Source: Deltaproteobacteria bacterium
Lineage (GTDB): Bacteria; Desulfobacterota; Desulfomonilia; UBA1062
Length of the DNA: 64,000 nucleotides
NCBI GenBank assembly: GCA_022703355.1
Contig: JAKLDU010000001.1
Coordinates: 4,173 to 68,172 of the forward strand
Reading direction: 5' to 3'
The notes beneath the pieces were generated by a model. It was given only the letters and a program-made list of their open reading frames with translations, ran no database searches and was not told the origin of the DNA. A program made the translations under genes and the position numbers. Of the stretch, positions 9,801 to 18,791 are shown one piece after another; position 1 is the stretch's first letter; each line of letters starts with the position of its first letter.

Positions 9801-11384
9801 TCAGTACCCCGGCGGGTGCCTGAAGGCGCCGGAGGCCTTGTCGATGAGCCTTGCTGCCTGCAGGAGCTCGAGGTCGCGCCACCGCCTGCCCACGAGCTGC
9901 GCCCCGATGGGCATGCCCTCCCTCGTGTACCCGATGGGGACGACCACCACCGGGCTTCCGGTGAGGTTGAAGAGCGTGGTGTAGCAGCCGCTCGCGGCCA
10001 GGTAGTTGAGCGGCCTGCCGTCCACCACCACCGGCTCGCTGTACAGGGGGAAGGGCCCGAAGTAGCGGTCCGGGGCGATGTGCCGGAAGGCCGTGGTGGA
10101 GGCCACGGGGCAGATCCACACGTCGTAATCCGCCAGGAAGCCCTCCATCTTCGAGACGAAGCCGTCCCGGGCGGTCATGGCGTCGAGGTACGTGCGGTAG
10201 GTCGCCGGGTACGCCAGGGAAAGGAACGGGACGTTCCTGCGGTAGCGCCACCCGAAAATATAGCTCACGAACCGCGTGAAGCCCGACTGGTACTGGCCCA
10301 GCTCCAGGTCCATGATCTTCCCGTAGGTCTGCCAGGCCTTCGGGTAGTCGAACCCCTCCGGGGAGGCCTTCCGGACGGAGCACCCCTTTTCCCCGAGCTT
10401 CGCCGCCAGCGCCGCCAGGGCCTTCTTCGTGTCCTCCGAGACGGGCACTCCCCCGAGCTCGTCCGCCCAGGCCACCCGGAGGCTCGCGAGCGTTTTCGCC
10501 GGGGGGTCGACCAGCGGGATCGCGGGCACCTCCACGTCCCGGGTGTCGGGCCCCGCGATGACCTTCAGGCACAGCTCGAGGTCGTCGATGGATCGTGCCA
10601 GGGGGCCGAAGCCATTGAGGTGGCGCACGGCGCGGAACTTCGAGCCCCGGGTGTCCGGGGGCACGCCGTAGCTCGAGACCATGTTCTCGGTGGGTTTGAG
10701 GCCGTAGATGCCGCAATAGTGGGAGGGGATGCGGATCGAGCCGCCGATGTCGTTGCCCAGAGACAGGGGGGAGAGCCCCGCTGCGACGGCCGCCGCCCCT
10801 CCGCCCGTGCTCCCGCCGGGGGTGCGGGCGAGGTCCCAGGGGTTGGAGGCCACCCCGAACAGGGGGCTGCGGGTCTGGTAGTCCATGGCGCCCCGGGGCA
10901 GGTTTTCCTTGCCCAGGATGATCGCGCCGGCCGCCTTGAGCCTCGCCACGGCCGTGGCGTCGAAGGCCGGCACGTACCCTGCTCTGTCGGGAGAGCTGTT
11001 CGTGCTCCGGAGGCCCTTGGTGGCGTAGTTGTCCTTGATGGTGACGGGCACGCCGTGGAGGGGGCCCCACACCTCGCCCCGGGCCAGCGCCGCGTCCGCC
11101 TCCCGGGCCCGGGCGAGCGCATGCTGGCCGTCGAGGGTGACGATGGCGGTGAGCTTCGCGTTGTGTTCCCCGATCTGGGCCAGGAAGGCCTCGACCACCT
11201 GGACGGAGGTGACCTCCCGGGAGGCGATGAGGCGTGCCAGGGTGTGGGCGGGCAGGAAGACGAGGTCGTGCCCTGCGCGGTCTGCCTGCGCCGCCGCCGC
11301 GGGAGGGAAGGCCAGGCACAGGAGGAGCAGGGCCAGGAAAAGAGTGCACGACGGGCGGGACAGGCGGCGAACTCTCGACGGCAT
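9801..11384 (-). CDS. Amidase (amidase-signature family), secreted
   Basis: C-terminal 527 aa of long ORF 9801..12935. Start ATG (revcomp cat 11382-11384) precedes a signal peptide (LFLALLLLCLAFPPAAAA). AS-family hallmarks: KDNY, GGSTGGGAAAVAAG, GNDIGGSIRIPS (Ser-cisSer-Lys region). Confidence 0.88.
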   Translation of the reverse strand: MPSRVRRLSRPSCTLFLALLLLCLAFPPAAAAQADRAGHDLVFLPAHTLARLIASREVTSVQVVEAFLAQIGEHNAKLTAIVTLDGQHALARAREADAALARGEVWGPLHGVPVTIKDNYATKGLRSTNSSPDRAGYVPAFDATAVARLKAAGAIILGKENLPRGAMDYQTRSPLFGVASNPWDLARTPGGSTGGGAAAVAAGLSPLSLGNDIGGSIRIPSHYCGIYGLKPTENMVSSYGVPPDTRGSKFRAVRHLNGFGPLARSIDDLELCLKVIAGPDTRDVEVPAIPLVDPPAKTLASLRVAWADELGGVPVSEDTKKALAALAAKLGEKGCSVRKASPEGFDYPKAWQTYGKIMDLELGQYQSGFTRFVSYIFGWRYRRNVPFLSLAYPATYRTYLDAMTARDGFVSKMEGFLADYDVWICPVASTTAFRHIAPDRYFGPFPLYSEPVVVDGRPLNYLAASGCYTTLFNLTGSPVVVVPIGYTREGMPIGAQLVGRRWRDLELLQAARLIDKASGAFRHPPGY

Positions 11385-11428
11385 GAAAACCTCCTCTTCG
11401 GATCTGGAATGAAAGAAGGCCCGGCTCC

Positions 11429-12907
11429 CTATGCCGGCCCGTTTTCCTTCAGGTACCTGCCGTACCAGGACAGGTGGCCCAGGATCGACACCGCGTCCTC
11501 GGGTGTGGAGAGCACGAAGACCTTGCCGTGGGAGGTGTCGGCCAGGCTCAGCCCGCCCGCCGTGAGGGCCACGGCCACGATGGGCTTGCCCGACTCCTTC
11601 TGGATCCTGGCGATGCCCGACAGCGTGAGCTCCTCGGCCTGGATCTGGGCCTTGAGGATGGAGAGCTTGAGCTCGCGGGTGTAGAGCTTGCCGTCGAGCT
11701 TCTCCTGCGCCGCGATGAAGTCCTCCACGTAGCGCGACCTGCCCACGACGCCGAGCGCGATGACCGAATCGACCTCTTCCCACCGGGCCAGGGCCTCGAT
11801 GACGGTGAGGTAGAGGTTGGGGTCGCCCTCGCCCACCACGTCCACGGGGTTGCGCCTGTTCCAGTAGGCGGGGAGGATGGCGTCGAGCTCCTCCACTATG
11901 CCATCCGGCAGGGGCGGCAGCACGAGGCCAGCATCCTCGCACTCGTCGGCCGCTACGATCCCCCAGCCGCCGCCGATGGTCATGATGGCGACCCGGTTCG
12001 ACCGGGGCGCCGGCAGGTGGGTCGCGGCGGCGGACACGAGGAGGAGCCTCGTGGGGGTGGAGACCTGGATGATCCCCGACTGGGAGAACATGGCGCTGTA
12101 CACCGCGAAGGAGCCCGCCATGGAGCCCGTGTGCGACTGCGCCGCCTTCGAGCCCGCCTGGGAGCGGCCGGACTTGATGGCCACCACCGGCTTCTTCCGG
12201 GTGACCTCGGCGGCCACCGTGCTGAAGGCCCGGCCGTCGTCGATGCCCTCGATGTACATGGCGATCGCCTTGACCTCGTCGCGGGCCCCCAGGTACTTGA
12301 GGATCTCGTGGGCCTTGAGCATGGTCTCGTTGCCCGTGCCCGCGTAGATGGAGAGGCCGATGTTCCGGTGAGAGATCCACTTGAGGATCTGGAGCCCGAT
12401 GTTGCCGCTCTGGGAAATGACCGCCAGGCCCCCGGGCTCCGGGCCGGTGGGCGTGGGGATGGCCTCGAAGAAGGCGTGGGCCGAAACGATGCCCATGGTG
12501 TTGGGGCCCATGAAGAGGATGCCGTGCTCCCGGGCGACGGCTGCGATCTCCTCCTCGAGCTTCGCCCCTTCTGCGCCGATCTCCCGGAAGCCGGACGAGA
12601 TGATGACCGCGGCCTTGATCCCCTTTGCCGCGCAGTCCCTCAATCCTTCGGGGATGAGCTGGGCCGGGACCGCGAACACGGCGAGATCCACCTCGGCCGG
12701 GATGTCCCTGAGGCTGGGATAGGCCGGGAGCCCGAGGATCATGTCCTTCTTGGGGTTCACCGGGAAGACCGTGCCGGGAAAGCTCCAGCCGAGGATGGAG
12801 GTGAGGATCAGGTTGCCCCATTTGGCCGGGACTTCGGAGGCGCCCACCACCGCCACGGACCTGGGGAAGAACATTTTGTCGAGCCGGACATCGTAGTGCT
12901 GCTTCAT
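11429..12907 (-). CDS. Acetyl-CoA synthetase (ADP-forming) alpha-domain / CoA-binding protein (succinyl-CoA synthetase-like fold)
   Basis: 492 aa. N-terminal CoA-binding Rossmann (SVAVVGASEVPAKWGNLIL). Succinyl-CoA-synthetase-like flavodoxin domains. Phospho-His loop region (SHTGSMAGS), typical of NDP-forming acyl-CoA synthetase alpha subunits. Confidence 0.8.
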   Translation of the reverse strand: MKQHYDVRLDKMFFPRSVAVVGASEVPAKWGNLILTSILGWSFPGTVFPVNPKKDMILGLPAYPSLRDIPAEVDLAVFAVPAQLIPEGLRDCAAKGIKAAVIISSGFREIGAEGAKLEEEIAAVAREHGILFMGPNTMGIVSAHAFFEAIPTPTGPEPGGLAVISQSGNIGLQILKWISHRNIGLSIYAGTGNETMLKAHEILKYLGARDEVKAIAMYIEGIDDGRAFSTVAAEVTRKKPVVAIKSGRSQAGSKAAQSHTGSMAGSFAVYSAMFSQSGIIQVSTPTRLLLVSAAATHLPAPRSNRVAIMTIGGGWGIVAADECEDAGLVLPPLPDGIVEELDAILPAYWNRRNPVDVVGEGDPNLYLTVIEALARWEEVDSVIALGVVGRSRYVEDFIAAQEKLDGKLYTRELKLSILKAQIQAEELTLSGIARIQKESGKPIVAVALTAGGLSLADTSHGKVFVLSTPEDAVSILGHLSWYGRYLKENGPA

Positions 12908-13032
12908 CGTTCACCTCGAGGAAGGTCTCCCGCAAGAAAAGCCGGTCGGGCCCCCCCTATTTTATATTCGAAGAATACCCGCCCGACAAGCTCCCATTGT
13001 TGCGCGGGCAGCGAGGGGCGGAGGGATGGTGC

Positions 13033-13064
13033 AAAAAGGGAGGCCGGGGCTTTCAGTGCCCCGG
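13033..13064 (-). terminator. Rho-independent terminator downstream of the OmpA-family gene
   Basis: On the minus-strand transcript the hairpin is CCGGGGC-actgaaa-GCCCCGG followed by CCTCCCTTTTTGC (T-run). Confidence 0.5.
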
Positions 13065-13094
13065 TCTCCCGGACGTAACAGGAAAGGAAATGTG

Positions 13095-14291
13095 CTACTG
13101 GATGGGCAGGAACTCGATCCTTCTGTTCTTCGCCCTTCCGTCCTTGGTCTTGTTCGTGGCGGCCGGTCTGGTCTCGCCGAAGCCCTTGGTCCCGAGCCTG
13201 TCGGCGGCGATGCCCTTGCCCACGAGGTAGCTCTTCACTGCCTTGGCGCGCGCATCGGAGAGCTTCATGTTGACCGCATCGGGGCCGACGCTGTCCGTGT
13301 GGCCCTCGACTTCCAGCTTCACGTTGGGGTTCTTCTCCAGGTATTCGACCACGTTGGCGAGGACCGGCTTGCTCTGGGGCTTTATGACCGCCTTGTTGAA
13401 GTCGAAGTAGATGATGCCGAAGTCATAGGTGCCCGCCTCGGTTACCGTGGCCTTCTCGGGGATCGGGCAGCCCGTGGCGTCCACCTTGGTGCCGGCCGGG
13501 GTGTCAGGGCACTTGTCGAGGTAGTCGGCAACGCCGTCGCCGTCGCTGTCGAGCGGACAGCCGTCCTTGTCGACGGCCACGCCCTTGGGGGTGTCGGGGC
13601 ACTTGTCGAGGTCGTCGATGACGCCGTCGCCGTCAGTGTCCTTGGGTGCCACGGGGACAACCGCAGGGGCCGGCTCGACGGGGGCCGGTGCAGCCTGGAC
13701 GACGGGCGCCGGCTCGGCCTTCTTCGCACCGCCGAACAGGACGGTGAGGCCTGCGTTCCAGAACCAGTTGCTGTCGTACTCCTCGTCGGCGCCCTTGAAG
13801 TTCAGGATGTGGCGGACGTCGGCCCTCAGGGCCACGTCGGGGTTGAAGAAATACTTGAAGCCCGCGCCGTAGTCGGCCGCCGCGTCGTTGTCGCGGCCGG
13901 TCTTGCCGGGCACGGCGTCAAGGGAATACAGCCCGCCGCCAATAGCCAGGAAGGGCACGAAGCATGAATCGGGCATAAGGTGGATGAGGCCTTCGAGCCG
14001 GTAGAGGCTCAAGTCGCCTTCAACTTTGTTGCCGAGATTGTCCAGACGGTCGGTGTTCACCCGGGCATAGGAGATCTCCGTGGCGAAAACCTTGGTGAAG
14101 TTGTAGCCCAGGCCTGCGCCGAACATGAGGTCGTCCTCGTAGCCCACGTGCTTGTCGAACATGAACTTGCCGACGAAGGGGCTGACGGTGAACGCCCCGG
14201 CCCTGTTCTCGGCGAATGCTGCGCTGGAGATGACCAGCATGAAGCAGCACACTGCGAGTATCAACAAACTCCTGACTCGAAAGCTTCCCAT
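13095..14291 (-). CDS. OmpA family outer-membrane protein with thrombospondin type-3 (TSP3) Ca-binding repeats
   Basis: Signal peptide. N-terminal beta-barrel. Pro/Ala-rich linker. Three to four TSP3-like repeats (DTDGDGVIDDLDKCPDT, DSDGDGVADYLDKCPDT). C-terminal OmpA peptidoglycan-binding domain (NVKLEVEGHTDSVGP..YNMKLSDARAKAV..YL). Confidence 0.9.
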   Translation of the reverse strand: MGSFRVRSLLILAVCCFMLVISSAAFAENRAGAFTVSPFVGKFMFDKHVGYEDDLMFGAGLGYNFTKVFATEISYARVNTDRLDNLGNKVEGDLSLYRLEGLIHLMPDSCFVPFLAIGGGLYSLDAVPGKTGRDNDAAADYGAGFKYFFNPDVALRADVRHILNFKGADEEYDSNWFWNAGLTVLFGGAKKAEPAPVVQAAPAPVEPAPAVVPVAPKDTDGDGVIDDLDKCPDTPKGVAVDKDGCPLDSDGDGVADYLDKCPDTPAGTKVDATGCPIPEKATVTEAGTYDFGIIYFDFNKAVIKPQSKPVLANVVEYLEKNPNVKLEVEGHTDSVGPDAVNMKLSDARAKAVKSYLVGKGIAADRLGTKGFGETRPAATNKTKDGRAKNRRIEFLPIQ

Positions 14292-14478
14292 AATATCCTC
14301 CTCGATGGGTTATTTTGTAATAGGTCAGTTTCTGCTCAACGTTGCTTATGTAATAACACCCTCATCCGGTAAATACAAGGGGTTGTCCCGGAAAAATATC
14401 CCCGTTCCCGGGCATCCGGCGGCCCCGGGAGGGGTATCCGCCCCCCCCTTCCTGTGAAAATGGAGAGAAAATCGCGTA

Positions 14479-14541
14479 TGTGCATATAGATTTATCCTTG
14501 ACTTTCAGGTCTGTGCATATGGATTATCCTTGACTTTCAGG
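14479..14541 (+). repeat. Two tandem ~30 bp direct repeats (tgtgcatatRGATTtATCCTTGACTTTCAGG) in the AT-rich leader upstream of the DEAD-box helicase gene
   Basis: Copy 1 at 14479-14509 and copy 2 at 14512-14541 differ by 2 substitutions and a 1-nt indel. Each carries a TTGACT -35-like hexamer. The region 14290-14640 is markedly AT-richer than the flanking DNA. Confidence 0.6.
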
Positions 14542-14639
14542 GTGGATATACTATTATTACGGCCAAATTGGAAAATTTATTCATGAAATCAGGACCGTGT
14601 TGTCGATAGCACAACCAATCAACCTACCAAGGAGAAAGA

Positions 14640-15893
14640 ATGCTTTTCAGTGAACTGCACCTCGACGAGCGCATCATGCTCGGGATCAAAGACGCAGGCT
14701 TTACCCAGTGCACGCCGGTCCAGGCGTCCACCTTCAAGCACAGCCTCGCCGGAAAGGACGTGTGCGCCCAGTCCCAGACCGGCACGGGAAAAACCGCGGC
14801 GTTCCTCGTCACCATCTTTCAGAACCTCCTGAACAACAAGGCCAAGAAAGCCATGATCATCGTCCCCACCCGCGAGCTCGCCGTGCAGGTGGAGAACGAC
14901 GCCCACCTCCTGGGCGCCCACCTCGACTTCACGGTCGCGTGCATCTACGGGGGCGTGGGGTACAGCCTCCAGGAAAAGCAGCTCAAGGCCGGGGCCGAGA
15001 TCATCGTGGGCACCCCCGGAAGGATGCTCGACCTGCACCAGTCCCGCAAGCTGAGCTTCAAGGACGTGGACATCCTGGTCATCGACGAGGCGGACCGCCT
15101 CTTCGACATGGGATTCATGCCCGACCTCAAGCGGATGCTCAAGGCGATGCCCCCCGCCCACAAGCGCCAGACCATGCTTTTTTCCGCCACCCTGAGCTTC
15201 CTCGTGAAGGAGCTCGCCTGGCGGTTCATGAACGAACCCGAGGAGGTGGAGATCGCACCGGACAGGCTGCTGGTGGAAACCGTGACCCAGGAGCTCTACC
15301 ACGTGGGCAACCACGAGAAGATGCCCCTGCTCCTGGGCCTCCTGAGCCGGGAGAACCCGGGCAACTGCCTGATCTTCACCAACATGAAGCACACGGCCGA
15401 GACCGTGGCCCGGCGTCTCAGGACGAACGGCATAACCTGCGAGTACATCACCGGGGATCTGAACCAGAAGGAGAGGAGCAGGATCATCGACGGCCTCAAG
15501 GACGGCCAGATCCGCATCCTTGTGGCCACGAACGTGGCCTCCCGGGGGCTGCACGTGGACAACCTCGATCTCGTGGTGAACTACGACCTCCCGGAGGACT
15601 GTGAAGACTACGTCCACCGCATCGGCCGCACCGCCCGTGCGGGCAGGGAAGGCAAGGCCATCTCGCTGGCCTGCGAGGACTACATCTACTGCCTCGAGGC
15701 CATCGAAAAGTACCTCGGCATGAAAATCCCCGTGGTCTGGGCAGAGGAAGACCTCCTCGTGGAAGACAAGAGCAAGGCCAGAAGGTCCAGGCCGGGCCAG
15801 GGGCGCGGCAGGGGCCAGGGCGGCGACGGTCGCGACGGCCGCGGCGGCCGCCGTGGCGGCGGCAGGAGCAGGAAGGCCGTCCACGCCGCCTGA
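14640..15893 (+). CDS. DEAD-box ATP-dependent RNA helicase (RhlE/DeaD-like) with C-terminal Arg/Gly-rich tail
   Basis: Motif order: Q-motif (GFTQCTPVQ), motif I AQSQTGTGKT, motif II DEAD, motif III SAT, motif VI HRIGRTARAG. RBS AAGGAGAAAGAATG. C-terminal RGG-rich extension (GQGRGRGQGGDGRDGRGGRRGGGRSRK). Confidence 0.95.
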   Translation: MLFSELHLDERIMLGIKDAGFTQCTPVQASTFKHSLAGKDVCAQSQTGTGKTAAFLVTIFQNLLNNKAKKAMIIVPTRELAVQVENDAHLLGAHLDFTVACIYGGVGYSLQEKQLKAGAEIIVGTPGRMLDLHQSRKLSFKDVDILVIDEADRLFDMGFMPDLKRMLKAMPPAHKRQTMLFSATLSFLVKELAWRFMNEPEEVEIAPDRLLVETVTQELYHVGNHEKMPLLLGLLSRENPGNCLIFTNMKHTAETVARRLRTNGITCEYITGDLNQKERSRIIDGLKDGQIRILVATNVASRGLHVDNLDLVVNYDLPEDCEDYVHRIGRTARAGREGKAISLACEDYIYCLEAIEKYLGMKIPVVWAEEDLLVEDKSKARRSRPGQGRGRGQGGDGRDGRGGRRGGGRSRKAVHAA

Positions 15894-15906
15894 TCGACCG
15901 GCACAG

Positions 15907-15950
15907 CCACCCTCCCATCGGAAGGGTGGCCCGCCGTTTTTCATTCTTTT
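15907..15950 (+). terminator. Bidirectional rho-independent terminator between the helicase and the convergent alpha/beta-hydrolase gene
   Basis: Hairpin CCACCCTCC-catc-GGAAGGGTGG followed by CCCGCCGTTTTTCATTCTTTT. Confidence 0.5.
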
Positions 15951-15971
15951 CCCCGAACCCCCCCCGGATTC

Positions 15972-17240
15972 CTACTGGACCAGGTATTTCCAGCAGGCGG
16001 ACTTCACGCAGCTTTTGTTCGCAAGGACATCCAGATGGCCCAGGCCCGGGATAACGGCTGCGGCGCCATAAGCGGCGAGCTGGCTGCCGTATCCGAACTC
16101 GGTGTTGAGCCACAGGACCTTGGCGGGCAGGTTCCAGTCCAGGAAATAGACATCCGAATAATAATCCGGTGCGTTTGCCGCAAAATAATCCCGGTACACG
16201 GCATAAGGGACCACTCCGCTGCCGATCTTCAGGCTGGCATCCCTCAGGGTGCACATGCTCGTGACGCTCATGCCGTACGCGTCGTCCCGGGGGTCGCCCG
16301 GCGCGTTCTGATCGTAGAACCCCGCCGCGTAACCCTTTCTCAGAGGCCAGTCGCCGAGTTCGACCGCTTCGAGCTCGCTGCTTTCGATCAGGGAGTAGTA
16401 GAGGAACCCCTCGTAGGTGAACGTCCCGGGAAGGCCGGGAATGAGCGCGGGGGATGCCGGAACGTCCGGCAGGAGCAGGGAGACGAACATGAGGGTCTTG
16501 AGGTCGGCGTACGAGGTGTCCGCATAGCTTCCCAGGTAAGAGTACGGGTCGGAAAAGATCTCCACCGAGCCGCGATCGAGAACCTCATCCTGGCTCACCT
16601 TGTAAATGTCCAGGGCAATGACCTTTTCGAGCATCGGGGAGTCGTACTTGTCGAGGTAGTCCAGTGCGAAGGATCCCCCGAACGAGTGTCCCAGGACCCT
16701 GAACTTTCTGCCGCTGAACAGGGCGCTGTTCTGGATGCAGGCAATGACCTCCGCGACGTCGTCCACGTGCCGCGCCATGCCCCAGTCCTTCATGCAGGAG
16801 TACGGGCTGGCCGTGGTGGGCACCCTGTCTTCCCTCGGGGTGATGCCTATCACGAGGTAGCCCGCGTTTCTGAAGTACTGGGCGAGGCTGTCGTCCGTGG
16901 GGGTGAAGAAGCTCGCCCTGAAATTCATGCCGCCGCCAGGGAGCAGGTAGACGATCCCCCTGGGCGTCGAGAAGTTGCTTCCCAGGAAGCTCACCGTGAG
17001 GGGGTAGTCGATCACCGTGCCCCGGGCGTCGATGGCGTAGTTGAAGCTGACTTCGGAGAACGTCCAGTACAGTGACGGCACGTTCATGGTCCAGACCACG
17101 GAACCGGTGGCATCCAGCGCCTGGATCGCGGAGGAGGCCATCTGCCTGCCCGTGGCCGCGCCCGAGGACGCCGGCCCGGCCAGCAGGGCCGCGATGACGA
17201 AGAAGAACGCGACAAGAAACCTGATGCCTGCCCTTTTCAT
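15972..17240 (-). CDS. Secreted alpha/beta-hydrolase (lipase/esterase-like)
   Basis: Start at M23 of ORF 15972..17306 (MKRAGIRFLVAFFFVIAALLAGPASSGAA signal peptide). Nucleophile elbow GHSFGG (GxSxG). Confidence 0.7.
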   Translation of the reverse strand: MKRAGIRFLVAFFFVIAALLAGPASSGAATGRQMASSAIQALDATGSVVWTMNVPSLYWTFSEVSFNYAIDARGTVIDYPLTVSFLGSNFSTPRGIVYLLPGGGMNFRASFFTPTDDSLAQYFRNAGYLVIGITPREDRVPTTASPYSCMKDWGMARHVDDVAEVIACIQNSALFSGRKFRVLGHSFGGSFALDYLDKYDSPMLEKVIALDIYKVSQDEVLDRGSVEIFSDPYSYLGSYADTSYADLKTLMFVSLLLPDVPASPALIPGLPGTFTYEGFLYYSLIESSELEAVELGDWPLRKGYAAGFYDQNAPGDPRDDAYGMSVTSMCTLRDASLKIGSGVVPYAVYRDYFAANAPDYYSDVYFLDWNLPAKVLWLNTEFGYGSQLAAYGAAAVIPGLGHLDVLANKSCVKSACWKYLVQ

Positions 17241-17561
17241 GCTCCACCTCCTGAAAACAAGTAGTTTGCGGCCTCCGGTCGAAGCCGGTTTCCCTGCAGG
17301 GTTCATCGCAGGCGCCGTGTCGGAAATTCCGGACGAGGTCCTGCCGAAAGGCTCAGCGTATCATATTATACCGATAAATTCAACGCAAGAATTCCCGGGG
17401 GTGATGTAACAGAACGTGTGTCAGGGAGGAAGAAGGGTACCCGCAATTTTCAGTGCGACCAAAAAATGGGAGGCACCCGCCGGCCCTTGTGCCAGGCCGG
17501 GAAATGGGCTAGGATCACTTTCCAGGCAGCACCGATTCCCACACAAAAGAAAGCAGACGCT

Positions 17562-18668
17562 ATGAATATGAGCTCCGCCCTGCGGCTCTTGCCGCTCGGG
17601 ATCTTTTCCATACTGGCCCTGATCGTCTCGTGCTCGCACCTCAACCCCCCGGCCCGGCCCGTGTCTCCCCCCGGGGCCCCTTCCGTTCAGGCGGCGGCTC
17701 CCGCGGGGCAGCCCCCTGCGTCCGCGGGCAGGCCGGACCCCAAAATGTTCGTGGAGGACATGCTCGTGGGCAAGGGTCTCGGGCGGGAGAAGATCCATGC
17801 CCTGGTGAGCGACCCCCGGGTGGAAATCTCCCCGGGCATCATCACCTCCAACCTGTTTTACTCCGCCCCGAAAGCCTCGGCCAAGAACCCCAAGGTCATG
17901 GATGTGAGCCCGGCATACATCGGGAAAGGCGTCGCCTTCATCGCGGAGCATGCAAACGCCTTCAACGGGGCGCGGGAGCGCTACAAGGTTTCGCCCGAGG
18001 TTATCACGGCGATCCTCGTCATCGAGACCAACCTGGGGAAATACCCCATGAAGTACAACGTGTTCCGGGTGTACGCGAGCCTCACCAGCGCGCTGGACAC
18101 CGAGTACCTCGACGCGCTGCTCAAGGCCAGAGGCGACAAGTATGTCCTCACGGGCGAGGTGCTTGCCTCTGCCCGGAAAAAGGGGACCTGGGGGCTGGGA
18201 GAGCTCGTTGCCCTCATCCAGCTCTCGGACAAGCTGGGCATCGACCCCATAGGCATCCAGGGGTCCTTTGCCGGGGCCCTCGGGCCGGCGCAGTTCATCC
18301 CCACGTCGTTCGTGAAGTTCGGGGCTGACGGCAACGGCGACGGCAGGGTCGACCCCTTCGACATGGACGACTGCATCGCGAGCGTCGCCAACTACCTGAA
18401 GCTCGGCGGGTGGAAGGAAGACGCGAAGATGGAGGTCAGGCGCAGGGCCATCTGGAACTACAACCACCACGAGGTCTACGTGAACACCGTGATGATGCTC
18501 TACGACCAGCTCGTCGCCGCGGGAAGGGAACCCGGGGTGCCCGACGAAGGGCAGGCGGCCCGGGCAGGGGAGGCCGGGGCGGAGGGTGCGGCCCCGGGAA
18601 GCGGGCCTGCGCCGGTGAAGGCCGAGGGCGGTTCCACACCCGTCCAGGAAAGCGGCGGGAGCGAATAG
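17562..18668 (+). CDS. mltB: Lytic murein transglycosylase B family lipoprotein (MltB/Slt35-like)
   Basis: Start at M49 of ORF 17418..18668 with lipoprotein signal (LALIVSCSH lipobox). Body matches MltB: PAYIGKGVAFIAEH...ILVIETNLGKYPMK...AGALGPAQFIPTSF...DGNGDGRVDPFDMDDCIASVANYL (EF-hand-like loop). Low-complexity acidic/Gly C-terminal tail. Confidence 0.85.
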   Translation: MNMSSALRLLPLGIFSILALIVSCSHLNPPARPVSPPGAPSVQAAAPAGQPPASAGRPDPKMFVEDMLVGKGLGREKIHALVSDPRVEISPGIITSNLFYSAPKASAKNPKVMDVSPAYIGKGVAFIAEHANAFNGARERYKVSPEVITAILVIETNLGKYPMKYNVFRVYASLTSALDTEYLDALLKARGDKYVLTGEVLASARKKGTWGLGELVALIQLSDKLGIDPIGIQGSFAGALGPAQFIPTSFVKFGADGNGDGRVDPFDMDDCIASVANYLKLGGWKEDAKMEVRRRAIWNYNHHEVYVNTVMMLYDQLVAAGREPGVPDEGQAARAGEAGAEGAAPGSGPAPVKAEGGSTPVQESGGSE

Positions 18669-18791
18669 GGGTTCAAAGAACCGGCGAATGTTGATATGAT
18701 GCCCTTCGGTATGGAATGAAGGAGGAGGGACTCTTTATCCGGGGGACCGTGCCGGGCGGGCGCCCTCCTCGCCGGTGTCCCGGGAGGGAGT

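Noticed and set aside
9801-12935. 1044-aa minus-strand ORF
   Set aside because: Only the C-terminal 527 aa (from ATG at 11384) are amidase. The N-terminal 500+ aa are a low-complexity Arg/Gly/Pro frame running antisense through the acetyl-CoA synthetase (ADP-forming) gene region.
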